A stretch of DNA of 40,475 nucleotides, taken from IMG/VR virus record IMGVR_UViG_2875713109_000005. One strand, given 5' to 3'. The position numbers and the translations under genes were made by a program. Under the pieces are notes generated by a model that made no database searches, had not been told where the DNA came from, and saw only the letters and a list, made by a program, of their open reading frames with translations. Source of the DNA: a virus (lineage: Duplodnaviria > Heunggongvirae > Uroviricota > Caudoviricetes). Shown piece by piece: positions 1-10,505 of this stretch; the stretch's first letter is position 1, and each line of letters opens with the position of its first letter.

Positions 1-318
1 ATGATGCAATCTGCGGGCATTGTCGCTAATGATGTTACTGTCACCTGGCGTAACGGGCACACAGCACTGCGCGATGCATCCTTCACAGTACCAAGTGGAT
101 CTATTGCCGCTCTGGTTGGGGTAAACGGTTCCGGAAAATCGACGTTGTTTAAAGCGATTATGGGATTTGTGCGTCTGACCAGCGGAAAGATATCTGTTCT
201 GGGTATTCCCACGCGACAGGCGCTACAGAAAAACCTGGTTGCCTACGTCCCTCAGTCAGAAGAGGTTGACTGGTCATTTCCTGTACTAGTGGAAGATGTG
301 GTGATGATGGGCCGCTAA
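1..318 (+). pseudogene. sitB: sitB 5' fragment (ABC-transporter ATPase, first 105 codons only)
   Basis: Nt 1-~312 align with the intact sitB at 6957-7268 with about 7 mismatches. The Walker [10 protein letters not shown] is present. Homology ends at ~313 and a stop follows at 316-318. Confidence 0.85.
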
Positions 319-488
319 TGGGCGATAGACTATCTTTAATTTCTCGCTCATACATCCTTGCTTTATGAATAAAACGCACCCCAGCAGCCAGTGCTACTGG
401 GGGCGGAGGTGTTGCTGGTAAAGTTAGGTATTGGATCAATGAGTGAGTCAACATAATATTAAACTCACAATTATAAATCAGCCATATA

Positions 489-1946
489 TTAGGAGCGCCA
501 AAAAAAACCTGAAAACAATATAATAACAGGATAAATTTCAAGGCGACCAAGAATCATAGCTATGCACATTAAATATTTTGCAATGTCATTAAGCACTCCG
601 AATGACGATGCAGTAGCCCCAAAACCTAATCCCATATTATTAATACATGCAGCCACTGTTGCAAATGATGTAAGAAAATCATATCCCATACCATTTAACA
701 CCAGTATAAAAAACACCGTGAAGAGAGTATAAAGAAAAAAGAAACTCCATACAGACCTCATTACACGATCTGTAACTATCTTCCCTCCTACATTTACACT
801 CAACAACGCTCTGGGATGAGAAAGCTGATTTATCTCGTGTTTGCTTTGTTTGAAAAGTATAAGAAATCGAAGTGACTTAATTCCACCACAAGTTGAACCT
901 ATACATCCCCCAAAGAAACTTGACAACAGCAAAAACACTATCGTGTGCGTGGGCCAGCTTGCATAATCCTGCGTAGCTAAACCATTATCAGTGAGCATGG
1001 AGCTGGCAAGAAAAAACGAATGAATAAAACTTCCATGCAAGTCATACATACCTATATGCCAGACCTGGAAAGAGGTAACAATGATCACCCCTAAGGCTAT
1101 TAACAGAAAGAAACGAAGTTCAATATCTCTGATTAAAGGTTTTATCGTTTTCCTGCTAATAACAATATACCAAAGAGTGAAGTTGAAAGCCGATAGCAGG
1201 GAAAAAGAACCAGCCACCAGCTCAACCAAATAGTTATTAAAATATCCGATACTCTCGCTATGAGTTGAGAAACCACCAAGCGAAACTGTGGAAATCCCGT
1301 GACAAATAGCATCAAACAAAGGCATTCCTGCAAGTCTATAACAGACAATACAAGCAATACCTAATAAAGAATAAGTTATCCACAGTGTCCGTGACGTATC
1401 GGCCAGGCGGGGAGTGAGTTTGTCATCCTTAAATGGCCCCGGCATTTCTGACTGATAAAGCTTTGCACCACCAATACCCAATAATGGCAATACAGCAACC
1501 GCCAGAACAATAACTCCTAAACCACCTATAAAATTTAACTGTGACCGATAGTACAAATATGCCCGAGGTAATGAACTAACATCATCAATTACAGTTGCTC
1601 CTGTTGTTGTTATTCCAGAAACCCCTTCAAACAGAGCATCAATGAACGTTAAATTAAGTTCTGAGTCAATCCATAAAGGGAATGCACTAATAACAGAAAA
1701 CAAAATCCAAAACATTACAATTATAATAAACCCATCACGGGTACGTAATTGAATGCCAGATTTCTTAGTTGTATACCACGCTCCGCCACCAATACAAAAA
1801 AATATAACGAAAGTTATAAAGAAAACGAACAGGCTTTTTTCTTTATAAAACAATGCTACAACCATTGGTGGCAACATTGAAAGACTATAGAGCCAAACCA
1901 GGAACCCACACATATGAGTAACAACTCTTACATGAGATGTATTCAT
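489..1946 (-). CDS. trkG: TrkH/TrkG-family K+ uptake membrane protein (Rac prophage TrkG)
   Basis: 485 codons from ATG 1946; the ORF track extends 6 codons further, to 1964. It is a multi-pass membrane protein with repeated selectivity-loop-like segments (TTTGAT, GGLG, LGGFS, GLGFG). It matches my recollection of K-12 TrkG, is AT-rich, and sits next to the Rz/Rz1 homologs as in Rac. Confidence 0.9.
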   Translation of the reverse strand: MNTSHVRVVTHMCGFLVWLYSLSMLPPMVVALFYKEKSLFVFFITFVIFFCIGGGAWYTTKKSGIQLRTRDGFIIIVMFWILFSVISAFPLWIDSELNLTFIDALFEGVSGITTTGATVIDDVSSLPRAYLYYRSQLNFIGGLGVIVLAVAVLPLLGIGGAKLYQSEMPGPFKDDKLTPRLADTSRTLWITYSLLGIACIVCYRLAGMPLFDAICHGISTVSLGGFSTHSESIGYFNNYLVELVAGSFSLLSAFNFTLWYIVISRKTIKPLIRDIELRFFLLIALGVIIVTSFQVWHIGMYDLHGSFIHSFFLASSMLTDNGLATQDYASWPTHTIVFLLLSSFFGGCIGSTCGGIKSLRFLILFKQSKHEINQLSHPRALLSVNVGGKIVTDRVMRSVWSFFFLYTLFTVFFILVLNGMGYDFLTSFATVAACINNMGLGFGATASSFGVLNDIAKYLMCIAMILGRLEIYPVIILFSGFFWRS

Positions 1947-2083
1947 ATCTAAATATTCTTTCAATTATAACCACCTTGCTGCAATATTATGATTATACTG
2001 TATAAAATTTAACTCCTCTTAGATCTTACTTCACTGTTCCTTATGAAACAATCATCAAAATGAATCATATTGTAGTTAAGATT

Positions 2084-2682
2084 TTACTTTAAACACTGTT
2101 CGGTTATGTATTGCTGAGCACCTTCAAGTTGGGCCTGCATCATTACCAGTCGTTCCCGGAGGGTGAAATAATCCCGTTCAGCGGTGTCTGCCAGTCGGGG
2201 GGAGGCTGCATTATCCACGCCGGAGGCGGTGGTGGCTTCACGCACTGACTGACAGACTGCTTTGATGTGCAACCGACGACGACCAGCGGCAACATCANNN
2301 NNNNNNNNNNNNNNNNNNTGTCTGCCAGTCGGGGGGAGGCTGCATTATCCACGCCGGAGGCGGTGGTGGCTTCACGCACTGACTGACAGACTGCTTTGAT
2401 GTGCAACCGACGACGACCAGCGGCAACATCATCACGCAGAGCATCATTTTCAGCTTTCGCATCAGCTAACTCCTTCGTGTATTTTGCATCGAGCGCAGCA
2501 ACATCACGCTGACGCATCTGCATGTCAGTAATTGCCGCGTTCGCCAGCTTCAGTTCTCTGGCATTTTTGTCGCGCTGCTCTTTGTAGGCGGTGGCGTTAT
2601 CACGGTAATGATTGACCGCCCACGACAGGCAGACGATGATGCAGATAACCAAAGCATAAATAATCGCGGCGACTCTGCTCAC
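2084..2682 (-). CDS. Rz i-spanin, interrupted by an assembly gap
   Basis: GTG 2682 overlaps the endolysin stop (GTGA). An N-terminal TM segment ([17 protein letters not shown]) is followed by a lambda-Rz-like periplasmic domain. The frame is broken by 21 N (2298-2318) flanked by a 113-bp direct duplication (2185-2297 = 2319-2431). Removing those 134 nt leaves 465 nt, i.e. 154 codons plus stop. Confidence 0.8.
2143..2462 (-). CDS. Rz1 o-spanin lipoprotein embedded in Rz (+1 frame)
   Basis: ATG 2462 gives [20 protein letters not shown] (lipobox) followed by the proline-rich [33 protein letters not shown], with the stop at 2143. It spans the same N gap. Confidence 0.7.
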
Positions 2683-3212
2683 TGCTCTATCCCCCAACAG
2701 GCTAATGCGCTTTCCTGGTCACGACGAATAACCTGTCCATAGCAGTTATTTGAACGTATGCGGCAATCGCGCCCACCATCTTTTATCCACCAGCGAATCG
2801 CCTCGCATGCGCCCTTACGATCACCGGCATTCAGCCGCTTATAAAACGTCGACGGGAAACACTTACCGGGGCCAATGTTATAGGGACAGAATGACGCTAT
2901 ACCCGCTTTTTGTGGTTCGGTCAGTGGTACTTTAATATTGCGCTCCACCCATGCCAGCGCCTTATCACGCTCAATGGCGTTGACCTGGTCGCATTTTTCC
3001 TTCGACAGTTTCATACCGGGAAAAACGGGTTTTCCATCCACCATCGTGGCACCCCGACAGATGGTCCAGATGCCGGACCCATCGCGGTATGCCGTTGTGT
3101 GGTTACCTTCTTTTTCATCCAGAAACTGGTCGAGAATATCAGGCGCGGGCGCACCGACGGCAATCAGTGCCAGAACGGCAGCCGACAGGCCGTATCTGAT
3201 TTTTGCGTTCAT
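2679..3212 (-). CDS. SAR-type endolysin (T4-lysozyme-like, GH24)
   Basis: 177 aa with an N-terminal signal-anchor-release-like hydrophobic segment ([13 protein letters not shown]). The E-x8-D-x5-T catalytic spacing is present in [16 protein letters not shown]. It lies between holin/DUF1327 and Rz. Confidence 0.9.
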   Translation of the reverse strand: MNAKIRYGLSAAVLALIAVGAPAPDILDQFLDEKEGNHTTAYRDGSGIWTICRGATMVDGKPVFPGMKLSKEKCDQVNAIERDKALAWVERNIKVPLTEPQKAGIASFCPYNIGPGKCFPSTFYKRLNAGDRKGACEAIRWWIKDGGRDCRIRSNNCYGQVIRRDQESALACWGIEQ

Positions 3213-3275
3213 GGATATTTATCAGGATTTATCGGTTTCTGCCCACGGACAGGTTTATCTGTTCCGGTCAGTGAC

Positions 3276-3626
3276 TTAAGGTTGTGATTCCGGAGGAGTC
3301 TTCAGAGAACCAGTAATTCTTCCCGGTAGCTTTCCTTTGTAGGTTATCCATACATTCTGCGCCTCTAAAATTACGGGGCGCTTTTCCGGCGACTGCTCAT
3401 CCCCTTCACATAACCCGGCAGCAACATCCAGGAAGACCTGTCTGATGCTCATTCTGGCTGCTGCCTCATAAAACTCCAGCGCGGCACCTTCAACACGGTC
3501 CAGCGAGATGTCCAGGTCAAAAATTTCACCGTCAAAGCGTTTTTTGTCCCGTAACGCTAAAGTTACCGTAACTTTATTCTCAAAATTGCGGATCCCTTTC
3601 ACAATCAGTTCATAGTTTTGAGTCAT
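3276..3626 (-). CDS. DUF1327/YdfR-like lambdoid prophage protein
   Basis: 116 aa. The N-terminal MTQNYELIVKGIRNFENKVTVTLALRDKKRFDGEIFDLD resembles Qin YdfR as I recall it. It sits in the typical slot between holin and endolysin. Confidence 0.65.
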   Translation of the reverse strand: MTQNYELIVKGIRNFENKVTVTLALRDKKRFDGEIFDLDISLDRVEGAALEFYEAAARMSIRQVFLDVAAGLCEGDEQSPEKRPVILEAQNVWITYKGKLPGRITGSLKTPPESQP

Positions 3627-3630
3627 TGAA

Positions 3631-3846
3631 TTACTCTCCCCGTGCAGCCTTACGCTTGTCTTCTCTGATTTTGAAGTACAGATTTGTCAGATAAGTCAGG
3701 AAGCCCAGAACCAGACTCCCCAGCACACCAATCGCAGCCCACTGTGACGGACTGACCTGATCAAGCCACTGTAAAAACCAGTAGCCAGCACTGCCTGCGG
3801 AGGTGCCATAGGCAATGCCCGTTGAAATTTTGTCCATGGATTTCAT
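3631..3846 (-). CDS. class II holin (phage 21 S21 pinholin type)
   Basis: 71 aa with a dual-start MKSM motif, two TM helices and a charged C-tail ([13 protein letters not shown]). It is the first gene of the lysis cassette. Confidence 0.9.
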   Translation of the reverse strand: MKSMDKISTGIAYGTSAGSAGYWFLQWLDQVSPSQWAAIGVLGSLVLGFLTYLTNLYFKIREDKRKAARGE

Positions 3847-3902
3847 AGCCTCACCTCCGCAAATAACGGATGGCGTAGTTTTACACTGAGAAATGAAAGG
3901 GA

Positions 3903-3931
3903 TTTGAAAAGAAAAGCCCGCAAAAGCGGGC
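3903..3931 (-). terminator. candidate intrinsic terminator upstream of the holin
   Basis: On the minus strand, GCCCGC-TTTT-GCGGGC is followed by TTTTCTTTTC. Confidence 0.4.
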
Positions 3932-4006
3932 GAAACAATATATACAGTAAGGAAAGCACTCTATCCAACAAACCACCCACAGTTAATCGGAATAAAAGCA
4001 GAGTGC

Positions 4007-4079
4007 TTATGAATGATCGCCTGCCCGAAGGTTAGTATTTCTGCACAGCAATTTTGCAAAAAAAAGCGATCATTCATAA
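4007..4079. repeat. perfect 14-bp inverted repeat with a 45-nt loop
   Basis: TTATGAATGATCGC (4007-4020) and GCGATCATTCATAA (4066-4079) are exact reverse complements. The pair lies just downstream of the tRNA genes on the minus strand. Confidence 0.6.
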
Positions 4080-4138
4080 CTTAAACGTCTTTCAGTCACT
4101 CCGGGATTTCCCATCATCGCAGACTGAAAGACTCTAAC

Positions 4139-4213
<75 letters not shown>

Positions 4214-4216
4214 ATA

Positions 4217-4292
<76 letters not shown>

Positions 4293-4540
4293 ATTGGTTC
4301 TTCAGGGGAGCGATATCACCGAGCGATATCACCGAGCAAAGAAGAGTTCCCCCTCAGAACCGTTTTCGATGATACAATTTAATATTCCAATCGCAACAAC
4401 ACTTTGCGTCAAGCTATGTAAATTTATTTATGTATTTTTATTTTATGTGAACATTTCACCTTCACTTAAAATATACGCGACAATATATAAACAAATTTAT
4501 TTTGAAGGCAATATTAAATGTCGTTTCTTATATCACACCA

Positions 4541-4572
4541 CAATAACAACAAAACCCGCTTGATGGCGGGTT
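4541..4572 (-). terminator. candidate tR'-like intrinsic terminator downstream of Q
   Basis: On the minus strand, AACCCGC-CATCAA-GCGGGTT is followed by TTTGTTGTT. It lies ~90 nt downstream of the reconstructed Q stop. Confidence 0.35.
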
Positions 4573-4657
4573 CTATTAAAGTTTAATTGCGCTTGATTCG
4601 CCTCGCGATACAGCTTTGCGAAGCGTAGCAAAATTGAAGCAGTTTATGCGTAAAAAA

Positions 4658-4728
4658 TCAAGCCGTTTTTTGAGCGAATGATTCTCGCATGGGAATGTAT
4701 AGCGCATACTCAGCAACGGCCAACCAAT
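4658..4728 (-). pseudogene. 3' part of the Q-type antiterminator gene split by the IS903-bounded insert
   Basis: It continues the frame of 28261-28741 once the duplicated 9 bp is counted once, giving ...ANWL-AVAEYALYIPMRESFAQKTA-stop (TGA at 4658-4660). Confidence 0.75.
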
Positions 4729-5445
4729 GGCTTTGTTGAATAAATCAGATTTCGGGTAAGTCTCCCCCGTAGCGGGTTGTGTTTTCAGGCAATACGCACG
4801 CTTTCAGGCATACCTGCTTTCGTCATTTTGTTCAGCGCTCGTACCAGGGCCATAGCCTCCGCAACCTGACCATCGTAGTCACGCAGCGTCAGTGAACCCC
4901 CGAACAGCTGTTTTACCCGGTACATCGCCGTTTCCGCTATCGAGCGACGGTTGTAATCTGTTGTCCATTTCCACCGCGCATTACTCCCGGTCATTCGCTG
5001 ATTAGCCACTGCACGGTTACGGTCTGCATATTCACCGGGCCAGTAACCCGCACCTTTTCGGGGAGGGATAAGNGCGCTGATTTTCTTACGCCGCAGTTCA
5101 TCGTGACAGAGCCGGGTGTCGTAAGCGCCGTCTGCCGATGCTGCCCTGATTTTTCTGTGAGTCTGCCGGATAAGACCCGGGAAGGCTTCTGAGTCCGTCA
5201 AAATGTTCAGAGACAGTTCTGAACAGATGATTTCATGTGTGTTGCTGTCAACTGCCAGATGCAACTTTCGCCATATACGACGGCGTTCCTGGCCATGCTT
5301 TTTGACTTTCCACTCGCCTTCACCAAAGACCTTCAGCCCGGTGGAATCAATCACCAGATGCGCGATTTCACCCCGGGTGAACGTTTTGAAACTGACGTTA
5401 ACCGACTTTGCCCGCCTGCTGACACAGCTGTAATCCGGGCAGCGN
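4729..5445 (-). mobile_element. IS903-group (IS5 family) 3' fragment
   Basis: Terminal IR GGCTTTGTTGAATAAATC starts at 4729. The C-terminal ~200 codons of the IS903 transposase are present (...GEIAHLVIDSTGLKVFGEGEWKVKKHG...MPESVRIA). It ends at ambiguous base 5445, where IS1 sequence begins. An internal polymorphism (SELSLNIL vs ADLSLNNV) distinguishes it from the 26874 copy. Confidence 0.85.
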
Positions 5446-5742
5446 AAAATCGTGTTGAGGCCAACGCCCATAATGCGGGCAGTTACCCGGCATCCAACGC
5501 CATTCATGGCCATATCAATGATTTTCTGGTGCGTACCGGGTTGAGAAGCGGTGTAAGTGAACTGCAGTTGCCATGTTTTACGGCAGTGAGAGCAGAGATA
5601 GCGCTGATGTCCGGCGGTGCTTTTGCCGTTACGCACCACCCCGTCAGTAGCTGAACAGGAGGGACAGCTGATAGAAACAGAAGCCACTGGAGCACCTCAA
5701 AAACACCATCATACACTAAATCAGTAAGTTGGCAGCATCACC
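5446..5742 (-). mobile_element. insA: IS1 left-end fragment (IRL plus insA)
   Basis: The reverse complement of 5700-5742 is GGTGATGCTGCCAACTTACTGATTTAGTGTATGATGGTGTTT, the IS1 IRL. The InsA frame [43 protein letters not shown]... runs into the IS903 fragment at 5445. Confidence 0.85.
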
Positions 5743-5943
5743 GATCCCTTCATTTAGTGACTGCCCCTGGGTTTTTCATGCTCTCCTGCGTCCTAGAGAA
5801 CTTGCCAATAACCTACATTATTTTTGCTTTGCCATTACCAATCGTCCTGAACAAGTTCATTTTAAAGCCAAAGCGCTGCCCAACTTTTATCCTCAATACC
5901 ACATCGTCAGCATGAAATAACCTAATCCCTGTGTTGGGATCTT

Positions 5944-6010
5944 ATAATCGCTAATGATAATTATTTACATTTTATAGCTTCTGCTATAAAACATAGTAGT
6001 TGCTATGTTT
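5944..6010 (+). promoter_or_regulatory. sit promoter region with a Fur-box-like site and two MntR-like palindromes
   Basis: ATAATCGCTAATGATAATTATTTAC (5944-5968) resembles the Fur consensus GATAATGATAATCATTATC. TTTTATAGC-TTCT-GCTATAAAA (5970-5991) and AAACATAG-TAGTTG-CTATGTTT (5989-6010) are palindromes of MntR-box type. Confidence 0.6.
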
Positions 6011-6042
6011 ATTCTAATTTTGCTCACTATAGGTACTAAATC

Positions 6043-6957
6043 ATGCTCTCAATAAAAAAAGTAACCATGCTCTTGGGGTGCCTAGTCCTCACCTGCTCGA
6101 TAGCATTTCAGGCGAGTGCAGCTGAAAAATTCAAGGTCATTACAACTTTTACCATCATCGCAGATATGGCCAAAAACGTGGCTGGAGATGCTGCAGAAGT
6201 CTCATCCATAACCAAGCCTGGTGCAGAAATTCATGAGTATCAGCCTACCCCTGGCGATATTAAACGTGCGCAGGGGGCACAACTGATTCTCGCCAATGGT
6301 ATGAATCTGGAATTGTGGTTCCAACGCTTTTACCAGCATCTCAATGGGGTTCCAGAAGTAATTGTCTCTTCGGGTGTGACGCCAGTAGGGATCACCGAAG
6401 GGCCCTATGAGGGCAAACCTAACCCCCATGCCTGGATGTCGCCAGATAATGCTCTGATTTACGTCGATAATATTCGTGATGCGTTTATAAAATACGATCC
6501 GGCAAATGCACAAACCTACCAACGTAATGCCGATACTTATAAAGCCAAGATTACCCAAACCCTTGCCCCCCTGCGTAAGCAGATTGCGGAACTCCCTGAG
6601 AATCAGCGATGGATGGTCACCAGTGAAGGGGCTTTTTCTTATCTCGCACGCGATTTGGGGCTAAAAGAGCTTTATCTGTGGCCGATTAATGCCGATCAAC
6701 AAGGAACACCGCAGCAGGTACGTAAGGTTGTTGATATAGTTAAGAAAAATCATATCCCGGCAGTCTTTAGCGAGAGTACGATTTCCGATAAACCAGCGCG
6801 TCAGGTTGCGCGTGAAACCGGCGCGCACTACGGTGGTGTGCTCTATGTCGATTCCCTGAGCACAGAAAACGGCCCGGTACCTACGTATATCGACCTTCTG
6901 AAGGTTACTACCAGTACGCTGGTACAGGGAATTAAAGCCGGAAAAAGGGAGAAATAA
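6043..6957 (+). CDS. sitA: periplasmic Mn2+/Fe2+-binding protein of the Sit ABC transporter
   Basis: 304 aa with a signal peptide ([17 protein letters not shown]) and a cluster-9 (ZnuA/PsaA-like) SBP. It is first in a 4-gene operon whose start and stop codons overlap. Confidence 0.9.
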   Translation: MLSIKKVTMLLGCLVLTCSIAFQASAAEKFKVITTFTIIADMAKNVAGDAAEVSSITKPGAEIHEYQPTPGDIKRAQGAQLILANGMNLELWFQRFYQHLNGVPEVIVSSGVTPVGITEGPYEGKPNPHAWMSPDNALIYVDNIRDAFIKYDPANAQTYQRNADTYKAKITQTLAPLRKQIAELPENQRWMVTSEGAFSYLARDLGLKELYLWPINADQQGTPQQVRKVVDIVKKNHIPAVFSESTISDKPARQVARETGAHYGGVLYVDSLSTENGPVPTYIDLLKVTTSTLVQGIKAGKREK

Positions 6958-7784
6958 TGATGCAATCTGCAGGCATTGTCGTTAATGATGTTACTGTCAC
7001 CTGGCGTAACGGGCACACAGCACTGCGCGATGCATCCTTCACAGTACCAGGCGGATCTATTGCCGCTCTGGTTGGGGTAAACGGTTCCGGAAAATCGACG
7101 TTGTTTAAAGCGATTATGGGATTTGTGCGTCTGACCAGCGGGAAGATATCTGTTCTGGGTATTCCCACACGACAGGCGCTACAGAAAAACCTGGTTGCCT
7201 ACGTCCCTCAGTCAGAAGAGGTTGACTGGTCATTTCCTGTACTGGTGGAAGATGTGGTGATGATGGGCCGCTATGGGCATATGGGTATGTTGCGTATCGC
7301 CAAAAAGAGGGATCGTCAGATTGTCACCGATGCGCTGGAACGTGTCGATATGGTGGATTTTCGCCATCGACAAATCGGCGAGCTTTCCGGTGGACAAAAG
7401 AAACGCGTCTTTCTGGCGAGAGCGATTGCACAGCAGGGTGATGTGATCCTGCTGGATGAACCTTTTACCGGCGTTGATGTGAAAACCGAAGCGAAAATCA
7501 TCAGCCTGTTGAGGGAGTTACGCGCGGAAGGCAAAACGATGCTTGTCTCAACGCACAATCTCGGATCCGTCACGACATTTTGCGATTATACGGTCATGGT
7601 CAAAGGCACCGTCCTGGCAAGCGGGCCGACAGACACCACTTTTACAGCCGAGAACCTGGAGCTGGCTTTTAGCGGCGTACTGCGCCATGTCACACTTAAC
7701 GGCTCGGAAGAAAGCATTATTACTGACGATGAACGCCCTTTTGTGGCACATCGACCGTCAGCGGTGCAGAGGGAAGAAAGATGA
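6957..7784 (+). CDS. sitB: Sit ABC transporter ATPase
   Basis: Walker [10 protein letters not shown], signature LSGGQKKR and Walker B VILLDEP. It overlaps sitA through TAATG. Confidence 0.92.
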   Translation: MMQSAGIVVNDVTVTWRNGHTALRDASFTVPGGSIAALVGVNGSGKSTLFKAIMGFVRLTSGKISVLGIPTRQALQKNLVAYVPQSEEVDWSFPVLVEDVVMMGRYGHMGMLRIAKKRDRQIVTDALERVDMVDFRHRQIGELSGGQKKRVFLARAIAQQGDVILLDEPFTGVDVKTEAKIISLLRELRAEGKTMLVSTHNLGSVTTFCDYTVMVKGTVLASGPTDTTFTAENLELAFSGVLRHVTLNGSEESIITDDERPFVAHRPSAVQREER

Positions 7785-8638
7785 ACGCGCTACTGGAACC
7801 CTTCAGCTATGAATATATGCTCAATGCGATGTGGGTCTCGGCGATGGTCGGCGGTCTCTGCGCTTTCCTGTCATGCTATCTGATGCTAAAAGGCTGGTCG
7901 CTGATTGGCGATGCGCTGTCGCACTCTATTGTCCCGGGTGTTGCGGGGGCATATATGCTGGGGCTTCCGTTTTCTCTGGGAGCCTTCTTTTCCGGCGGAC
8001 TGGCAGCGGGCAGCATGCTGTTTCTTAACCAACTCACTCGCTTAAAAGAAGATGCCATCATCGGCCTGATCTTCTCGTCCTTTTTTGGCCTGGGGCTGTT
8101 TATGGTGTCATTGAACCCGACATCCGTGAACATTCAGACCATCGTCCTGGGCAATATTCTGGCAATCGATCCGGCGGATATCCTGCAACTCACTATCATT
8201 GGCATTCTCTCGATCATCGTGCTTTTTTTCAAATGGAAAGATCTTATGGTGACCTTTTTCGACGAGAATCACGCCCGTGCTATTGGATTGCATCCGGGCA
8301 GATTAAAAATCCTCTTCTTCACCCTGCTGTCGGTTTCGACCGTTGCGGCGCTGCAAACGGTTGGTGCCTTTCTGGTGATCTGTCTGGTGGTGACTCCCGG
8401 TGCAACAGCATGGTTGTTAACCGATCGTTTTCCCCGCCTGCTCATGATTGCTGTAACTATTGGCAGTGTGACCAGTTTCCTCGGCGCGTGGGTCAGTTAC
8501 TTTCTGGACGGCGCGACAGGTGGAATCATCGTGGTGGCGCAGACACTGCTGTTTCTTTTAGCATTTGTCTTTGCGCCCACCCATGGGCTTTTGGCAAATC
8601 GTCGGCGTGCGCATAAAGCGCTGGAGGATCGCTCATGA
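7781..8638 (+). CDS. sitC: Sit ABC transporter permease
   Basis: 285-aa multi-pass membrane protein of the ABC-3 family. It overlaps sitB through ATGA. Confidence 0.9.
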   Translation: MNALLEPFSYEYMLNAMWVSAMVGGLCAFLSCYLMLKGWSLIGDALSHSIVPGVAGAYMLGLPFSLGAFFSGGLAAGSMLFLNQLTRLKEDAIIGLIFSSFFGLGLFMVSLNPTSVNIQTIVLGNILAIDPADILQLTIIGILSIIVLFFKWKDLMVTFFDENHARAIGLHPGRLKILFFTLLSVSTVAALQTVGAFLVICLVVTPGATAWLLTDRFPRLLMIAVTIGSVTSFLGAWVSYFLDGATGGIIVVAQTLLFLLAFVFAPTHGLLANRRRAHKALEDRS

Positions 8639-9492
8639 TGGCATTATTACTGGAGCCACTGCAGTTCACCTTTATGAGTCACGCACTGCTGATTTCACTG
8701 GTAGTTTCCATACCCTGTGCGCTGCTGTCGGTCTTTCTGGTCCTGAAAAGTTGGGCACTGATGGGTGACGCGATGAGTCATGCGGTTTTTCCTGGCATCG
8801 TGCTTGCCTGGATTCTGGGGTTACCTCTGGCTACAGGGGCATTCGTCGCCGGAGTATTCTGTGCGGTGGCGACGGGATACCTGAAAGACAACAGCCGAAT
8901 CAAGCAAGATACAGTGATGGGGATTGTTTTTTCTGGCATGTTTGCCGCAGGTCTGATCTTGTATATTGCAGTCAAACCAGACGTACATCTTGATCATATT
9001 CTTTTCGGCGACATGCTCGGGATAACCATCGGCGATATAATCCAGACGGTGATTATTGCCGGACTGGTTACACTTGTTATTAGCGTAAAATGGCGGGATT
9101 TTTTGCTGTTCAGCTTTGATTATCAACAGGCGCAGGCAAGCGGTTTGCATACGAGATGGCTGCATTATGGGCTGCTGTGCATGGTCTCCCTGACCATTGT
9201 GGCGACGCTGAAAGCGGTAGGTATCATTCTCTCTATTTCTCTTCTCATTGCGCCTGGTGCCATTGCGGTACTCCTGACACAACGCTTTCATATTGCGCTC
9301 CTGCTGGCGACTGGCATATCGATATTGGTCTCAATGACTGGTGTCTGGCTGTCCTTTTTTATCGACAGCACGCCAGCTCCGACAATTGTTGTCTTATTCG
9401 CGGTCATGTTCATCATGACGTTTACCGTTACCAGCATCAACGCACGCACAAAGGAAAATGCCGAACCACGGGATTTGTTATCATCCGATTAG
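8635..9492 (+). CDS. sitD: Sit ABC transporter permease
   Basis: 285-aa paralog of SitC. It overlaps sitC through ATGA. Confidence 0.9.
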   Translation: MMALLLEPLQFTFMSHALLISLVVSIPCALLSVFLVLKSWALMGDAMSHAVFPGIVLAWILGLPLATGAFVAGVFCAVATGYLKDNSRIKQDTVMGIVFSGMFAAGLILYIAVKPDVHLDHILFGDMLGITIGDIIQTVIIAGLVTLVISVKWRDFLLFSFDYQQAQASGLHTRWLHYGLLCMVSLTIVATLKAVGIILSISLLIAPGAIAVLLTQRFHIALLLATGISILVSMTGVWLSFFIDSTPAPTIVVLFAVMFIMTFTVTSINARTKENAEPRDLLSSD

Positions 9493-9961
9493 CAGAACAC
9501 TCGGCCAGCAACATCCGCTTATTGGCGATGCGCTTGAACGAATAATGCACAGACTTATGATTCTGATAAGTTTTGTTGCCAGAGAGTTGCTGCGGACTGG
9601 ATAGCAAGTAATGTCGATTCTCAGGGGTAGCAAACAGCGCAGTAAAATGAGGGAAGTAGTGGCAAAACATAGAGAAAATTGGGGGGCGAGGGCCAGTGAT
9701 GTAAAAAACCACGCTAAGAGTTTAATTAATTGTTTGTATTGAAGTTTAATGATCTTAACTCACCCTTAAGAATATCTTCCGGTAACGAAGACGTATAATG
9801 CCCCAGCATATTTATATGGCTATGTATCAGCAGCGATAATCTTGCCGGATGCTACTCCTCAGGAGTTTCTCCCGATTTGCGAAGATGTGACAACGCCTCC
9901 TGCATGTAAAGTGTGTTTCACAGCACAACCGCATTGGTCACCAGCCCCAGAGCACCTAGTT

Positions 9962-10112
9962 GATCTTCCTGCCCTTAACGGTAGCTGAAGATGACTGGGC
10001 TGGATGGAAAATCCTGCATGGTGCATTGGGAGAGCAGATAGAATTGGTTGGCGACGATCTGTTTGTGACCAACGTAAAGTATATTCAGCGCGGCATTGAC
10101 GAAAACCTTGCA
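9962..10112 (+). pseudogene. enolase-like gene fragment
   Basis: The translation ...[43 protein letters not shown] resembles the conserved enolase segment (..DW..W......[16 protein letters not shown]...). There is no start codon, and upstream and downstream homology are lost. Confidence 0.45.
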
Positions 10113-10348
10113 ATCCTTTGTGTATCATTAAAATCTTTGTAGTAATCAGATTCCTTTCCATAACTGTCTTCAAGTAACTTTTTTGCTCTTGCAATCCAGT
10201 TATTACCTTTAGCCGAATCAATATATTCCTGGCTTCTGTGACTAAATGCACTTGTTCCCATATATTTTGTCGACATGACAGAATTGTACTCTTGTTCAAG
10301 CACTTCAAATCTTTCAGCTAAGGCCTTCTTCGTCATAGCGCAATCCAA
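10085..10348 (-). CDS. hypothetical protein, probably 3'-truncated
   Basis: 87-aa ORF ([20 protein letters not shown]...). Its last ~9 codons read through the enolase-like fragment, suggesting its native C-terminus is lost. I recognise no family. Confidence 0.35.
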   Translation of the reverse strand: MDCAMTKKALAERFEVLEQEYNSVMSTKYMGTSAFSHRSQEYIDSAKGNNWIARAKKLLEDSYGKESDYYKDFNDTQRIARFSSMPR

Positions 10349-10505
10349 ATTATATGCTAATAATACCTGTGAATTTTAATATTCTACCATATCTGGCTTT
10401 CTTCCGTTCACATTGGACATTCAGGTAATTTCGTCCAGTTCTGCTGGCTGTGCTGGAGCTAGCCTGGTATAATTTAACCAGCCATTTCAACAGCGGTGGT
10501 GTCTT

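Noticed and set aside
2143-2697. 184-aa ORF with Rz at the N-terminus and Rz1 at the C-terminus
   Set aside because: It is a chimeric translation created by the 21-N gap plus the 113-bp duplication, which together shift the frame by 134 nt. The real genes are Rz and the embedded Rz1.
4294-4563. 89-aa plus-strand ORF in the Q-tRNA intergenic region
   Set aside because: It is a low-complexity AT-rich sequence with no RBS, lying in the expected pR'/leader region of the opposite strand. Most likely non-coding.
4785-5687. 300-aa ORF that looks like an InsA-IS903 transposase fusion protein
   Set aside because: It is a read-through across the IS1/IS903 junction at ambiguous base 5445. The two halves belong to unrelated IS families, and the join may be an assembly consensus artefact.
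9859-10308. 149-aa minus-strand ORF downstream of sitD
   Set aside because: It overlaps both the enolase-like fragment (antisense) and the 87-aa ORF in another frame. Its composition is unconvincing and it has no start context.
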